A stretch of 64,000 nt of DNA from an uncultured bacterium (GCA_963705505.1 CAVPJU010000001.1:96001-160000), one strand, 5' to 3'. Positions 49,545 through 58,771 are shown, counted from the stretch's first letter. Numbers and translations are program-made. Notes: a model not told the origin generated them from the sequence alone.

Positions 49545-51896
49545 ATGAATCTCAGACCAGCCGTCTATTTTATAGTTGCCGCAGTCATCATAGTTGCCCT
49601 CGGATATTTTTACGGTAAGTCCTTTTATTTAAAATCCGATAAGATGGTTAAACCCGTGACCTCGATCATCGAGAATCGGGAATCGGCTCCTCCTCGATTT
49701 GTCGGCGGCAATACATGCGCAGAATGCCATAAGGAGGAGTATGACCTCTGGCTTGGCTCACACCACGACCTCGCTATGCAGAAAGCGGACGATAAAACCG
49801 TCGTCGGCGATTTCAATGACAAAAAATTCGATTATTACGGACAGGAATCCAGATTCTACAAACGAGACGGCAAGTTCATGGTGCGTACGGATGGGCCGGA
49901 CGGTAAGCCCCATGAATACGAAGCAAAGTACACTTTCGGGGTCTATCCGCTCCAGCAGTATCTGATAGAATTTCCGGGCGGCAGGCTTCAGGCGCTAGGC
50001 ATAGCATGGGACAGCCGGCCGGAAGGGGAAGGGGGACAGAAGTGGTTTCACTTGTATCCCGATCAGCAAATTAAATATAACGACGAACTCCACTGGACCG
50101 GAATAAATCAGAACTGGAACTACATGTGTGCTGATTGTCATTCGACCGACTTAAAGAAAAACTACGATCCGGAAACAAACAGCTTCAGCACATCCTGGTC
50201 CGAGATAAACGTTTCGTGTGAGGCTTGTCACGGGCCGGGTTCGAGACACGTCGAATGGGCTAGAAAATCAGACGGGGGCAGAATGTACAATGATGAAAAC
50301 GACGGGCTCATTGTGCATTTTGAAAAATATGACGAAAGCGTCTGGTCGAAGGACCCGGAAACGGGGAACCCCGTGAGGATAAAACCCCTAAGCGGGCACG
50401 GTGAAATAGAGACGTGCGCCCGGTGCCATTCCCGCCGGGGCGTGATATGGGACGAGTCTTTAACCGGCGGTCAGTTTATGGACACATACCTGCCCGTACT
50501 CCTCAATGAGAACCTCTATTACCCGGACGGGCAGATTAAGGAGGAGGTTTACGAATACGGCTCTTTCCTCCAGAGCAGGATGTATCACGAGGGCGTCAGA
50601 TGCACCGACTGCCATAACGCGCACAGTCTGAAATTACGGGCGGAAGGAAACGCGCTCTGCGCCGGGTGCCATCAGGCGGAGAAGTACGACGCTCCCTCCC
50701 ACCACCACCATGCAGCCGGGACTGAAGGAGCGGAGTGTGTCGGATGCCATATGCCCGAGACGACGTATATGGTTATCGACAGACGCCGCGACCACAGCAT
50801 ACGCATCCCGAGGCCCGATCTTACCGTGGAGCTGGGGACGCCCAACGCGTGTAATAAGTGTCACGCGGATAAGGGTGCGGAGTGGGCGAGCGGGAAGATA
50901 AACGAGTGGTACGGACCCGGCCGTCGGGATTATCATGATTATGGAGGGACCCTGAATGCGGGCAGGACTGGTTCTCCGCAGGCCGAGAATATGTTGTCGG
51001 GGCTTGCAGAGAATATGTCGGCTCCCGGCATCGCCCGCGCTACTGCATTTTACGAGCTCCGCCGCTATGTGAGCCCTCAATCGATCAAGATAATCGAACG
51101 GGGTCTTAAGGACCCTGACCCTATGGTTCGTGCGGCATCGGTCGATGCCCTCGAGGGGCTGGCGCCTGCCGAGAGAAAGCATTATTTGTTCCCGTTGCTG
51201 AGCGACCCGGTCCGGGCGGTGAGGATAAAAGCAGCACGGCTGCTCGCCGCTCCGCTGGGAAATGGGCTGACCGCGGAGGAGAGAGAAATAATGGATAAAG
51301 GGATAAGCGAATATGTAGAGTCTCAGCTAGTCAACGCTGAACGTCCCGAATCGCATCTTAACCTCGGAATACTTTACAATGATCTGGGCGAGGCTGATAA
51401 GGCCGAGTCGGAATATAGGAGAGCGATCGAGATCGAGCCTTCTTTTGCGGAGGCGTATGTTAATCTTGCCGACCTCTATCGTATTAAGGGAAATGACGAA
51501 GAAGGCGAGCGCCTCTTGCAGACGGCTATAACCGTCGATCCTCAAAACGCTGGGGCATACCACGCCCTGGGTCTCCTGATGGCTCGCCGGAAGAATATGC
51601 CTCGTGCACTGGAGTCACTTGAAAAGGCGGCGACAATCGATCCGGACGATCCCCGTTACAGTTATGTCTACGCTATAGCGCTAAATTCTGTCGGCAGCCG
51701 GGAAGAAGCCATTGAAGTGCTGGACGGCGCTTATAAAAACCATCCCTATGACAGGGAAATCCTGTATGCTCTCGCGACGATTAACCGTGATGCGGGAAAT
51801 TTGGAGGAAGCGAGGATCTATTCCCGGAAACTTATTGAGCTTGATCCCGCGAATCCGGATTTTAGAAGCCTGTTCGACTCTCTCAGTGAGCATTAG
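49545..51896 (+). CDS. Membrane-anchored octaheme c-type cytochrome with HEAT and TPR repeats
   Basis: Eight CxxCH motifs (CAECH, CADCH, CEACH, CARCH, CTDCH, CAGCH, CVGCH, CNKCH); LKDPDPMVR/LSDPVRAVR HEAT; C-terminal TPRs. Confidence 0.88.
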   Translation: MNLRPAVYFIVAAVIIVALGYFYGKSFYLKSDKMVKPVTSIIENRESAPPRFVGGNTCAECHKEEYDLWLGSHHDLAMQKADDKTVVGDFNDKKFDYYGQESRFYKRDGKFMVRTDGPDGKPHEYEAKYTFGVYPLQQYLIEFPGGRLQALGIAWDSRPEGEGGQKWFHLYPDQQIKYNDELHWTGINQNWNYMCADCHSTDLKKNYDPETNSFSTSWSEINVSCEACHGPGSRHVEWARKSDGGRMYNDENDGLIVHFEKYDESVWSKDPETGNPVRIKPLSGHGEIETCARCHSRRGVIWDESLTGGQFMDTYLPVLLNENLYYPDGQIKEEVYEYGSFLQSRMYHEGVRCTDCHNAHSLKLRAEGNALCAGCHQAEKYDAPSHHHHAAGTEGAECVGCHMPETTYMVIDRRRDHSIRIPRPDLTVELGTPNACNKCHADKGAEWASGKINEWYGPGRRDYHDYGGTLNAGRTGSPQAENMLSGLAENMSAPGIARATAFYELRRYVSPQSIKIIERGLKDPDPMVRAASVDALEGLAPAERKHYLFPLLSDPVRAVRIKAARLLAAPLGNGLTAEEREIMDKGISEYVESQLVNAERPESHLNLGILYNDLGEADKAESEYRRAIEIEPSFAEAYVNLADLYRIKGNDEEGERLLQTAITVDPQNAGAYHALGLLMARRKNMPRALESLEKAATIDPDDPRYSYVYAIALNSVGSREEAIEVLDGAYKNHPYDREILYALATINRDAGNLEEARIYSRKLIELDPANPDFRSLFDSLSEH

Positions 51897-52227
51897 TGCA
51901 GCGTGATTGTTTTAGATGCAAATGTACGGTTTGATATTCGCGCCAGACGTAGGGTTTCCGGTACTATCCTGGGTAGGATAGTGAAACAGTTTGTTTGTCT
52001 CGATTTGTTCTATCGTGATCTGACTATTGAGAATATCGTATGAATGTTGTTCTATGCCAGTCATTATTAATTATCAATTATCGGTTTTGTAAAAAATGGA
52101 TAGACATTTATGAAAAACTATTCAAGATTATAATGTATGTATAATTAAGTCGTGGAATTTGTATATTTAAAATAATTGTGCTTTATCAGAAAGTTATACT
52201 GACTAAATCCGAACGGGGGGATATGAT

Positions 52228-52680
52228 ATGAAATTATCGTTTGCGTTGTTTTTGACTGTTCTAATGTACTTGGTTTATACAGGTCCTGTCGTCGCCCAGA
52301 ACATGCCGTCGGGCACCATAACGATCAACGAGAAAGAATTCGGATTTATAATCGGCGGCAGCGAAGGGAGGGGGACGCTCAATTTTCAGGGGGCCGAGTA
52401 CTTTTTCAAGACCAGCGGCATAAAGGTTGGCGGCATTGGCGCGGCGAAGATAGCGGCGGCCGGGGAGGTCTATAACCTGCTCAACCTTTCGCAGTTCCCG
52501 GGCACATACGTCGCAGGTAATTACGGTATCGCACTGGGGGGCGGCGCGGGCGGGGTGGTGCTCAAGAACGAGAACGGAGTCCTGCTCAAACTGCACTCCA
52601 CGATGGAGGGTGTGGACCTCAATGTCGGAGTGTCGGGAATAACGATCAAGCTCGAAGCCGCCATGCCTGATCCGGAATAA
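52228..52680 (+). CDS. Secreted DUF1134-like protein, copy 2
   Basis: Paralog of 45584-46036. Confidence 0.7.
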   Translation: MKLSFALFLTVLMYLVYTGPVVAQNMPSGTITINEKEFGFIIGGSEGRGTLNFQGAEYFFKTSGIKVGGIGAAKIAAAGEVYNLLNLSQFPGTYVAGNYGIALGGGAGGVVLKNENGVLLKLHSTMEGVDLNVGVSGITIKLEAAMPDPE

Positions 52681-52735
52681 CGATGGAATCAGAGACGTAT
52701 GCCGCATATGCGAGGAAAGAAAGGAGCATGGTGTC

Positions 52736-53602
52736 ATGAATAAGAAAAGACAGAGGTTGCTTTTCCTGATCGTTTTGTTTATCTCTCTGGGCTTCGTCGG
52801 AGCTTCGGGGCATAAGATAGTGCGGAGCATTCCGGGTGCTCTCGCGTATGAAACAGGCGCCGATAAAAAAACGGCTGCCGAGGTGAAACCGAAGGCGGCA
52901 CCGGCAACACCCGCCGTTGACCCCAAAGTAGCTGAGCTTCTCCGGAAGATGGGCGACCTGATCAAAAACTCGAAGGAGTATAGTTTTCACGCCGAGATTC
53001 TCTATGACGACACTCTCCCTTCGGGGCAGAAGCTCCAGTTCGCAGCCGCTCAGGATGTATCCGTAAAAAGACCCGACGAGGTATTTGCCCAATATATGAG
53101 CGATGTCGAAGGGAGGGAATTCTGGTACGACGGAAAAAGCTTTACGCTGCTGGATAAAACGAAAAATTTATACTCGACCGCAAAAGCCGCGCCGACAATC
53201 GACGGTACGCTCGAAGAGATCATGAGCACATACGGCTATACTCCGGCTCTTAGTGATTTTCTTTACAGCGATCCTTACAAGACACTCATGAAGAACGTGC
53301 TTTCCGGCTTTTACGTCGGCCCGGGAGACGTGAACGGAACGGACTGTTATCATCTGGCTTTTGTCGAGAAGTACATAGACTGGCAGATATGGATAGAGAC
53401 GGGGGATAAACCGCTCGTCAGGAAGGTTATAATTACTTACAAAACGGTCCCCGAATCCCCTCAGTATATGGCGGTGTTCTCGGATTGGAAATTTGATATA
53501 TCTTTGCCCGACAAACTCTTTGTGCCCGAGATCCCCGCAGGCGCCAAAGAGATAGATATGATGGTCCTGAAAAATGTCAGCGCAAAAGGAGAACGGAAAT
53601 GA
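52736..53602 (+). CDS. DUF2092-like periplasmic protein
   Basis: GQKLQF..VKRPD, FWYDGK.FTL, CYHLAF..DWQIWI..GDKPL. Confidence 0.75.
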   Translation: MNKKRQRLLFLIVLFISLGFVGASGHKIVRSIPGALAYETGADKKTAAEVKPKAAPATPAVDPKVAELLRKMGDLIKNSKEYSFHAEILYDDTLPSGQKLQFAAAQDVSVKRPDEVFAQYMSDVEGREFWYDGKSFTLLDKTKNLYSTAKAAPTIDGTLEEIMSTYGYTPALSDFLYSDPYKTLMKNVLSGFYVGPGDVNGTDCYHLAFVEKYIDWQIWIETGDKPLVRKVIITYKTVPESPQYMAVFSDWKFDISLPDKLFVPEIPAGAKEIDMMVLKNVSAKGERK

Positions 53603-54642
53603 CGGTAGGGTCTTCTTTTAAAACTTTTATTAAGGCATATTTCGGCTATTTGTTTATTTTGCTCTTCGCATTTTTCGCATCGGTTTCGTTCACTGATACT
53701 GCGCTCGCGAGGTTCGGAGGCGGCGGTTTCGGCGGAGGCGGGTTTAGTAGAGGGAATTTCAACAGCGGGTTTTCGGGAAGGAACGTCGGAGACGGATTCT
53801 CAGGCAGCAGAGGGTTCGGGAGCATCAACAGTTCCGACCATAGTTTCGGAGCATCGAATAACTGGAACGGGAGCATGGACAATTCCGACAGAGCCGGCAA
53901 TTATACGACAGACAGACAGAACTTTGATTCCAGTGATTTGAGCGGCACTCATCAGCAGGACATGAGCGGTTCCATGAGCCAGAACCAGCAGAACAGGCAA
54001 GACTGGAGCAGCCAGAACCAGCAGAACAGGCAAGACTGGAGCAGTCAGAACCAGCAGAACAGGCAAGACTGGAGCGGACAGAACCAGCAGAACAGGCAGA
54101 ATACATACAACAACACCTACAATAACAACTATGACAACCACTGGAACAATTACTGGTACGGGGGCGATTACTATCACGGATGGTCGGGCTACTACTCCGG
54201 CCTGGCCGTGGGGGCGGCGGCGGGCCTTACGGTAGGAGCTGCGATCGCAAGCGTCCCCGCAAGCTCCACCACCGTTTACGTGCAGGGGAGTCCCTTTTAT
54301 TACTCAAGCGGCGTCTATTACATGCCTCAGGGCTCGCAGTATGTCGTCGTGCCGCCGCCCATGGGCGCTGTTATAGATACACTCCCGCCGTCATCCTGTT
54401 CTACTACATACTCGGGAGACACGGCTTATTATGACTGCGGCGGGGCTTACTACTCCCAGGTCGATCAGGGCTACCAGGTCGTGAGCCCTCCGGTCGGGGC
54501 GACGGTTAACACGCTTCCGAGCGGCGCCGTATCGGTAAATGTAAACGGCGTCACCTATTATTCTTTCGGCGGGGCATACTACCAGCCTTTTTATGGCGGT
54601 GGCCAGGTCATATACCAGATAGTCCCGGATCCTAACCAGTGA
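53599..54642 (+). CDS. Secreted low-complexity protein (G/R-rich, Q/N repeats, Y-rich DUF6515-like C-terminus)
   Basis: Signal (ALA/R), GGGGF repeats, SQNQQNRQDWS repeats, YYSSGVYY..YVVVPPPMGA repeats. Confidence 0.75.
   Translation: MTVGSSFKTFIKAYFGYLFILLFAFFASVSFTDTALARFGGGGFGGGGFSRGNFNSGFSGRNVGDGFSGSRGFGSINSSDHSFGASNNWNGSMDNSDRAGNYTTDRQNFDSSDLSGTHQQDMSGSMSQNQQNRQDWSSQNQQNRQDWSSQNQQNRQDWSGQNQQNRQNTYNNTYNNNYDNHWNNYWYGGDYYHGWSGYYSGLAVGAAAGLTVGAAIASVPASSTTVYVQGSPFYYSSGVYYMPQGSQYVVVPPPMGAVIDTLPPSSCSTTYSGDTAYYDCGGAYYSQVDQGYQVVSPPVGATVNTLPSGAVSVNVNGVTYYSFGGAYYQPFYGGGQVIYQIVPDPNQ
53977..54099 (+). repeat. In-frame 33-bp tandem repeat, ~3.7 copies
   Basis: Unit AGCCAGAACCAGCAGAACAGGCAAGACTGGAGC. 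Confidence 0.9.
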
Positions 54643-54845
54643 ATTTTCCGCCGGACAAAGCCCAAGCCCGGAAGCTCAGCGGGCAAGCGGCGTCAACGCT
54701 GGGCACAGAAGCCTACATATACGGTTATCCGCTCCTCACTATGGAGAGGACGAGACGGGTTATTACAAACGTCTCAGAGTCTGAAGGCACCCATCCGCCC
54801 ATGAACCGGTTTGCAGGTCTCCGGGCATTCTCACTGATTTTATAA
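54639..54845 (+). pseudogene. Remnant of a DUF1254-like gene
   Basis: EAYIYGYPLLTMERTRRV..PMNRF is the DUF1254 N-terminal signature; similarity stops at the island repeat. Confidence 0.65.
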
Positions 54846-55079
54846 ACGATAACTGTTATTTTCTTACGCTGTGCCCGGTTTTTCTGTGACAAAATGCCCA
54901 GGATGGATTAAGAAACGCAGGTCCAGCGGGGTCAGCGAGGGGAATGTTATAGATATTTCAGTAATTTTATTTTATTTCTCTCTGATTAGTCTTGCTATTC
55001 CATACGGTTATAATGTAAAATTAATACAGAGATTTTGGTCAAAATAAAATAGGATTTCTTTACCCTTTCGGAGGCAATA

Positions 55080-55493
55080 ATGAGATTTGGCGATTATTTG
55101 AAAAGCAAAAGGAAGCAGAAGAATATCACGCAGGAGGATCTGGCTCGTTCCCTTAATGTTTCGAGCGTTTTCATTCACCAGCTCGAGACCGGAAAAGTGG
55201 ACGCACCCTCCATCGACAGATGTCAGCAGATCGCGACCATCCTGGATATAAATATCGAAGAATTCTGGACAGTTGCGAAGAAAGAGCGTCTCAAAAGGTT
55301 CATGGATAAGGAAGACATATCCGAAGACAGCTTTGAAGTTTTGACCGACGCGGAAAAAGCCCTCATCAACCTCTACCGGAGCCTGGATTCCGACATGAGG
55401 AGGGACTTCGGCGGTATGATATTCATGCTTCTCAGACATTCACAGGATGATGGGATCCAGGAAATACTCGAAGAGTTTATTAAGTGCGCGTGA
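55080..55493 (+). CDS. XRE-family HTH transcriptional regulator
   Basis: FGDYLKSKR..ITQEDLA..IHQLETGK. Confidence 0.88.
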   Translation: MRFGDYLKSKRKQKNITQEDLARSLNVSSVFIHQLETGKVDAPSIDRCQQIATILDINIEEFWTVAKKERLKRFMDKEDISEDSFEVLTDAEKALINLYRSLDSDMRRDFGGMIFMLLRHSQDDGIQEILEEFIKCA

Positions 55494-56251
55494 TGATGAG
55501 TAAATTTTCTACAATCTTAAAGGCTCTGGGAATAGAGCTCTGCATATTGGCTTTAATCGGACTGGTGTTTTTGTTCCAGTTCAATAAGGCGAAGGGGGAG
55601 TTTGTAAACAAAACCAGAGCGATTTCGGAGACAATAGGCGACTTGGCCAGCGATTTTTATTCGGAAGAGGGCAAGCAGCCTACGAGCGGAGAGTTTTATC
55701 ATTTTCTCGATAAAAGACTCGGCAGGAAGAAATTGTTTAATACCTTTGAGATAGCTCCGAAATTCTTCAGCGTTGTATTTAAGAAGGACGTGGAAAACAG
55801 CCTGGCATCGGACGGATTGTTCATGAAGGAGTTTTATCCGGAGGGCGGTTATACGGTAAAGGACAATAATGGGATAATCTCCGTTTCGGTCCCCTTTACC
55901 ACACAGACACAAACGGAGCCGTTCGGCATAGTCAAAATTGACTCCGATACAAAGGCCATATTGAAGAAAGTTCTCGCCGACAATTACCTTCTGTATGCGG
56001 CAATGCTGATAGTATTGAATAACCAGGCCTTTATTTTTTACCTCCTTACGAGGAAGAAAAAAGAGGTTATTTTCGAGAAAGGCTATCTTAAGGAGCATTC
56101 CATCGGCGCTCTCAAAATAATGCACAAGGTTTTGGGAGATATAATAGACGACCACAAGACAGATCATGAGAGCCCCGACCATACGAAAAGGCAGGAATCG
56201 GGGAAAAATGTGATTTCAATATCCGAATTGGCGGAAAAAAGGAAGCAATGA
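55484..56251 (+). CDS. Hypothetical two-TM membrane protein
   Basis: Two hydrophobic helices flanking a ~130-aa extracytoplasmic domain; overlaps both neighbours. Confidence 0.7.
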   Translation: MRVMMSKFSTILKALGIELCILALIGLVFLFQFNKAKGEFVNKTRAISETIGDLASDFYSEEGKQPTSGEFYHFLDKRLGRKKLFNTFEIAPKFFSVVFKKDVENSLASDGLFMKEFYPEGGYTVKDNNGIISVSVPFTTQTQTEPFGIVKIDSDTKAILKKVLADNYLLYAAMLIVLNNQAFIFYLLTRKKKEVIFEKGYLKEHSIGALKIMHKVLGDIIDDHKTDHESPDHTKRQESGKNVISISELAEKRKQ

Positions 56252-56637
56252 AGAAAATTGTTTTTGCCGCTTTTTTAATAATTTTTGCGGTTATGGTGGC
56301 CTGCGACAGCCCTAACGATAACGGTGTCGTTGAGCAGGACGGTCCGATCCTTGAAAGTATGGACACGGACGGCCATCTGGAGTTCAACGGCGCAGTCATT
56401 AATACCGGGGATTCGCCGGTTCGGTCCGTTTATGTGGTTATAGTGCTTAAAGATCAGGACGGGAACGTTATTGAAGCGAACTCGGTTTCAATCTTTGATG
56501 AAGATCCGAACGCCCTCCTGTACCCTTCGGAAAGGGCTTTTTTCAGCCTGTCCGTAGCTTCGGACCCGAACAGAGTATTTTCGAAGGAAGTTGAAATTTA
56601 TTACGAAGACGCTTCCGACAGCCCTCCGGCTTCATGA
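56248..56637 (+). CDS. Lipoprotein (FxLYD-like Ig fold)
   Basis: Lipobox MVAC; GAVINTG..V.IVLKDQDGNVI..LYPSERAFF. Confidence 0.7.
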   Translation: MKKIVFAAFLIIFAVMVACDSPNDNGVVEQDGPILESMDTDGHLEFNGAVINTGDSPVRSVYVVIVLKDQDGNVIEANSVSIFDEDPNALLYPSERAFFSLSVASDPNRVFSKEVEIYYEDASDSPPAS

Positions 56638-56744
56638 AACCTTTCCTTTTACTTTAAGAAAATCTATCTCGCCAATTCCATCTTCCGGGAAAAGTAATCT
56701 TTGCATATAGGTACTTAAGTAGTATTGTTGAAATCGCAGTATAA

Positions 56745-56842
56745 GTTTCTGACCGAAAAAACACAAACTGTGTGAAAGTGCAGGACGCGAAGCCTGCGGT
56801 CTTAAGGGTTACGAAACCTTTAGGGCGGGGTTACCGAAGTTG
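56745..56842 (+). ncRNA. GEMM / c-di-GMP-I-class riboswitch (variant) upstream of pilM
   Basis: CAAAC-TGTGT-GAAA-GTGCAG-GACGCGAAGCC...TTAAG...GCGGGGTTACCGA resembles the GCAAACC..GAAA..GGACGCAAAGCC..CGGGUUACCGA core. Confidence 0.75.
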
Positions 56843-57105
56843 GAAAAATATATACGCATCCACTATCCCGGGTCTCACTCGAATCTATAATCGGCATTAA
56901 CACCTTGTAACCATTCAATATTTAATCTACGATTAACAGCATCGGTTTAGAAATCTTGAATCATCTTAAGGAGACTGTTTTTCGTAAAATTAAGTATTAC
57001 AATGTACTATTGACAACAATTAAAGAGTTGTTTGATATTTTTTAAAGAGTATTGCAATAACTTCAAAAAGGTGGTTAAATTAGTTATGTAACATAGGAGG
57101 ATGAT

Positions 57106-58154
57106 TTGTTTTTAAGTAGAAAGGAACTCGTAGGACTTGATATAGGTTCTAATGCCGTTAAGCTCGTCGAGCTTAAGTCATCCAAAGGCGGGTACCAGTT
57201 GAAAAATATTGGCGATGCCATTTTGCCCCTTAATTCCATAGTCAACAAGATTATCGAAAATCGCGATGCCGTTGCAGATACGGTTTCCTCTTTGTTTGAA
57301 GACTTGAGAGTCAAAACGAAGAATGTAGCGATCTCGATATCGGGACACTCCGTAATAATCAAAAAGGTCAGTCTGCCGAAAATGTCTGAGAAGGAGCTCA
57401 AGGAGTCGATCCCGTGGGAGCTCGAGCAGTACATACCCCAGAGTATTCAGGATGTTAATTACGACTATCAGGTAATACCCGGCGAAACCCCTGAGGGCAA
57501 TATAGATGTGCTGATCGTCGCCGCGAAGAAGGACGTCACGAACTCTTATGTTTCGGTGTAAAGGATGTCGGTTTGAACCCCGTTGTTGTGGATGTCGACG
57601 TGTTTGCCCTTGAGAATATGTATGAAATAAATTATCCGGAATCCGAGGGTCTCGTCGCTCTTGTAAATATCGGCGCCTCCGTAACGAATATAAACATTTT
57701 GAAAGACGGGGTCTCCATCTTCACAAGGGATATAACTACCGGCGGGAATCAGTTTACGGATTGGATCGTAAAAGACATCGGCTTGAGTTTTGTGGAAGCG
57801 GAGAAGATGAAGTCTTCTATGCATGAAGGGGATGTGCCCCACGAGCTCGAAGCCTTGACTCATAATTTTAACGATTTGATCTGCGGTGAGATTAAGAGGA
57901 CTCTCGAGTTCTTCGCCTCGACTTTATGGACGAGCAAGGTCGGTAATATCCTGATCGGCGGCGGGTCTTCCAAGGTCCCCGGTTTAAAAGAAGAATTGGC
58001 GGATCTGACCGACGCTAATGTCGATTTCATGAATCCCTTCAGAAATATCGCATATGATAAAAACGAATTCGATCACGAATACATTGAAGCGATAGCTCCG
58101 AAAATGAGTGTCGTTATGGGTCTCGCCACGAGAAAACCGGGGGATAAGGCATGA
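57106..58154 (+). CDS. pilM: Type IV pilus assembly protein PilM, frameshifted at ~57558
   Basis: VGLDIGS, VLIVAAKK in first frame; VVDVDVFALEN, VNIGA, GGNQFT, GGGS in second. Confidence 0.9.
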
Positions 58155-58771
58155 TAAGGATAAACCTTATTCCCGCTCCGGAAAGGAGAGAAGTCAAGGG
58201 TATCGGTGACGTCCTCGTAGGAATTTGCGTTCTTATAGCCCTCTTTGTAGTGATTGCGGCTATCCATATTGTGCAGGAACGGAAGTTAGAAGACGTTAAC
58301 CGGGGAGTAGCGAAAGCTGAGAAAAGGATAAAGGCACTGGAGATAGTCAAGCAGAAGGTCGATGATTTCAAGGCGAAAAACGCGGAGCTCAACAGGAGAA
58401 TAGAAATCATAGACGTGCTCGAGAAAAACCGCACGGGACCTCTATATGTGATGGATGCTCTATCACATGCCGTCCCTAACAAGGCCTGGATCGACGAATT
58501 TACGGAGAAGAATTCTCAGACCAAGCTCGTCGGCGTTGCGGACAGCGAATTTACTGTTGCGGATTTCATGCAGGCCCTTCAATCTTCTCCGTATTTTGTC
58601 GGTGTGGAACTAGGAGTAATCAAAAAGACGGAGATACGCAAGCTGGACTTGAGGAGTTTTGTCATAAACACAACGCTCAACTATTCCGGAAAGTCGAAAA
58701 CGGAGGATAAGGGTCAGAACCCCGCAGAGCCCGCGCAGAATTCCCGGACAAAGAAGGCGGTGAAGGAATAA
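58151..58771 (+). CDS. pilN: Type IV pilus assembly protein PilN
   Basis: MIRINLIP, TM, coiled coil, VADFMQALQSSPYF. Confidence 0.9.
   Translation: MIRINLIPAPERREVKGIGDVLVGICVLIALFVVIAAIHIVQERKLEDVNRGVAKAEKRIKALEIVKQKVDDFKAKNAELNRRIEIIDVLEKNRTGPLYVMDALSHAVPNKAWIDEFTEKNSQTKLVGVADSEFTVADFMQALQSSPYFVGVELGVIKKTEIRKLDLRSFVINTTLNYSGKSKTEDKGQNPAEPAQNSRTKKAVKE

Noticed and set aside
49545..51896. Calling the octaheme protein NrfA, HAO or an Mtr/Omc conduit
   Set aside because: No CxxCK motif, the HEAT/TPR fusion does not fit those enzymes, and no partner porin or quinol oxidase is adjacent.
53977..54099. 33-bp repeats as a CRISPR array
   Set aside because: Units are head-to-tail with no spacers, in frame within a CDS, and no cas genes are present.
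57550..57575. Programmed frameshifting or phase variation in pilM
   Set aside because: No slippery heptamer, homopolymer or simple repeat at the break; several other unrelated frameshifts point to sequence error.
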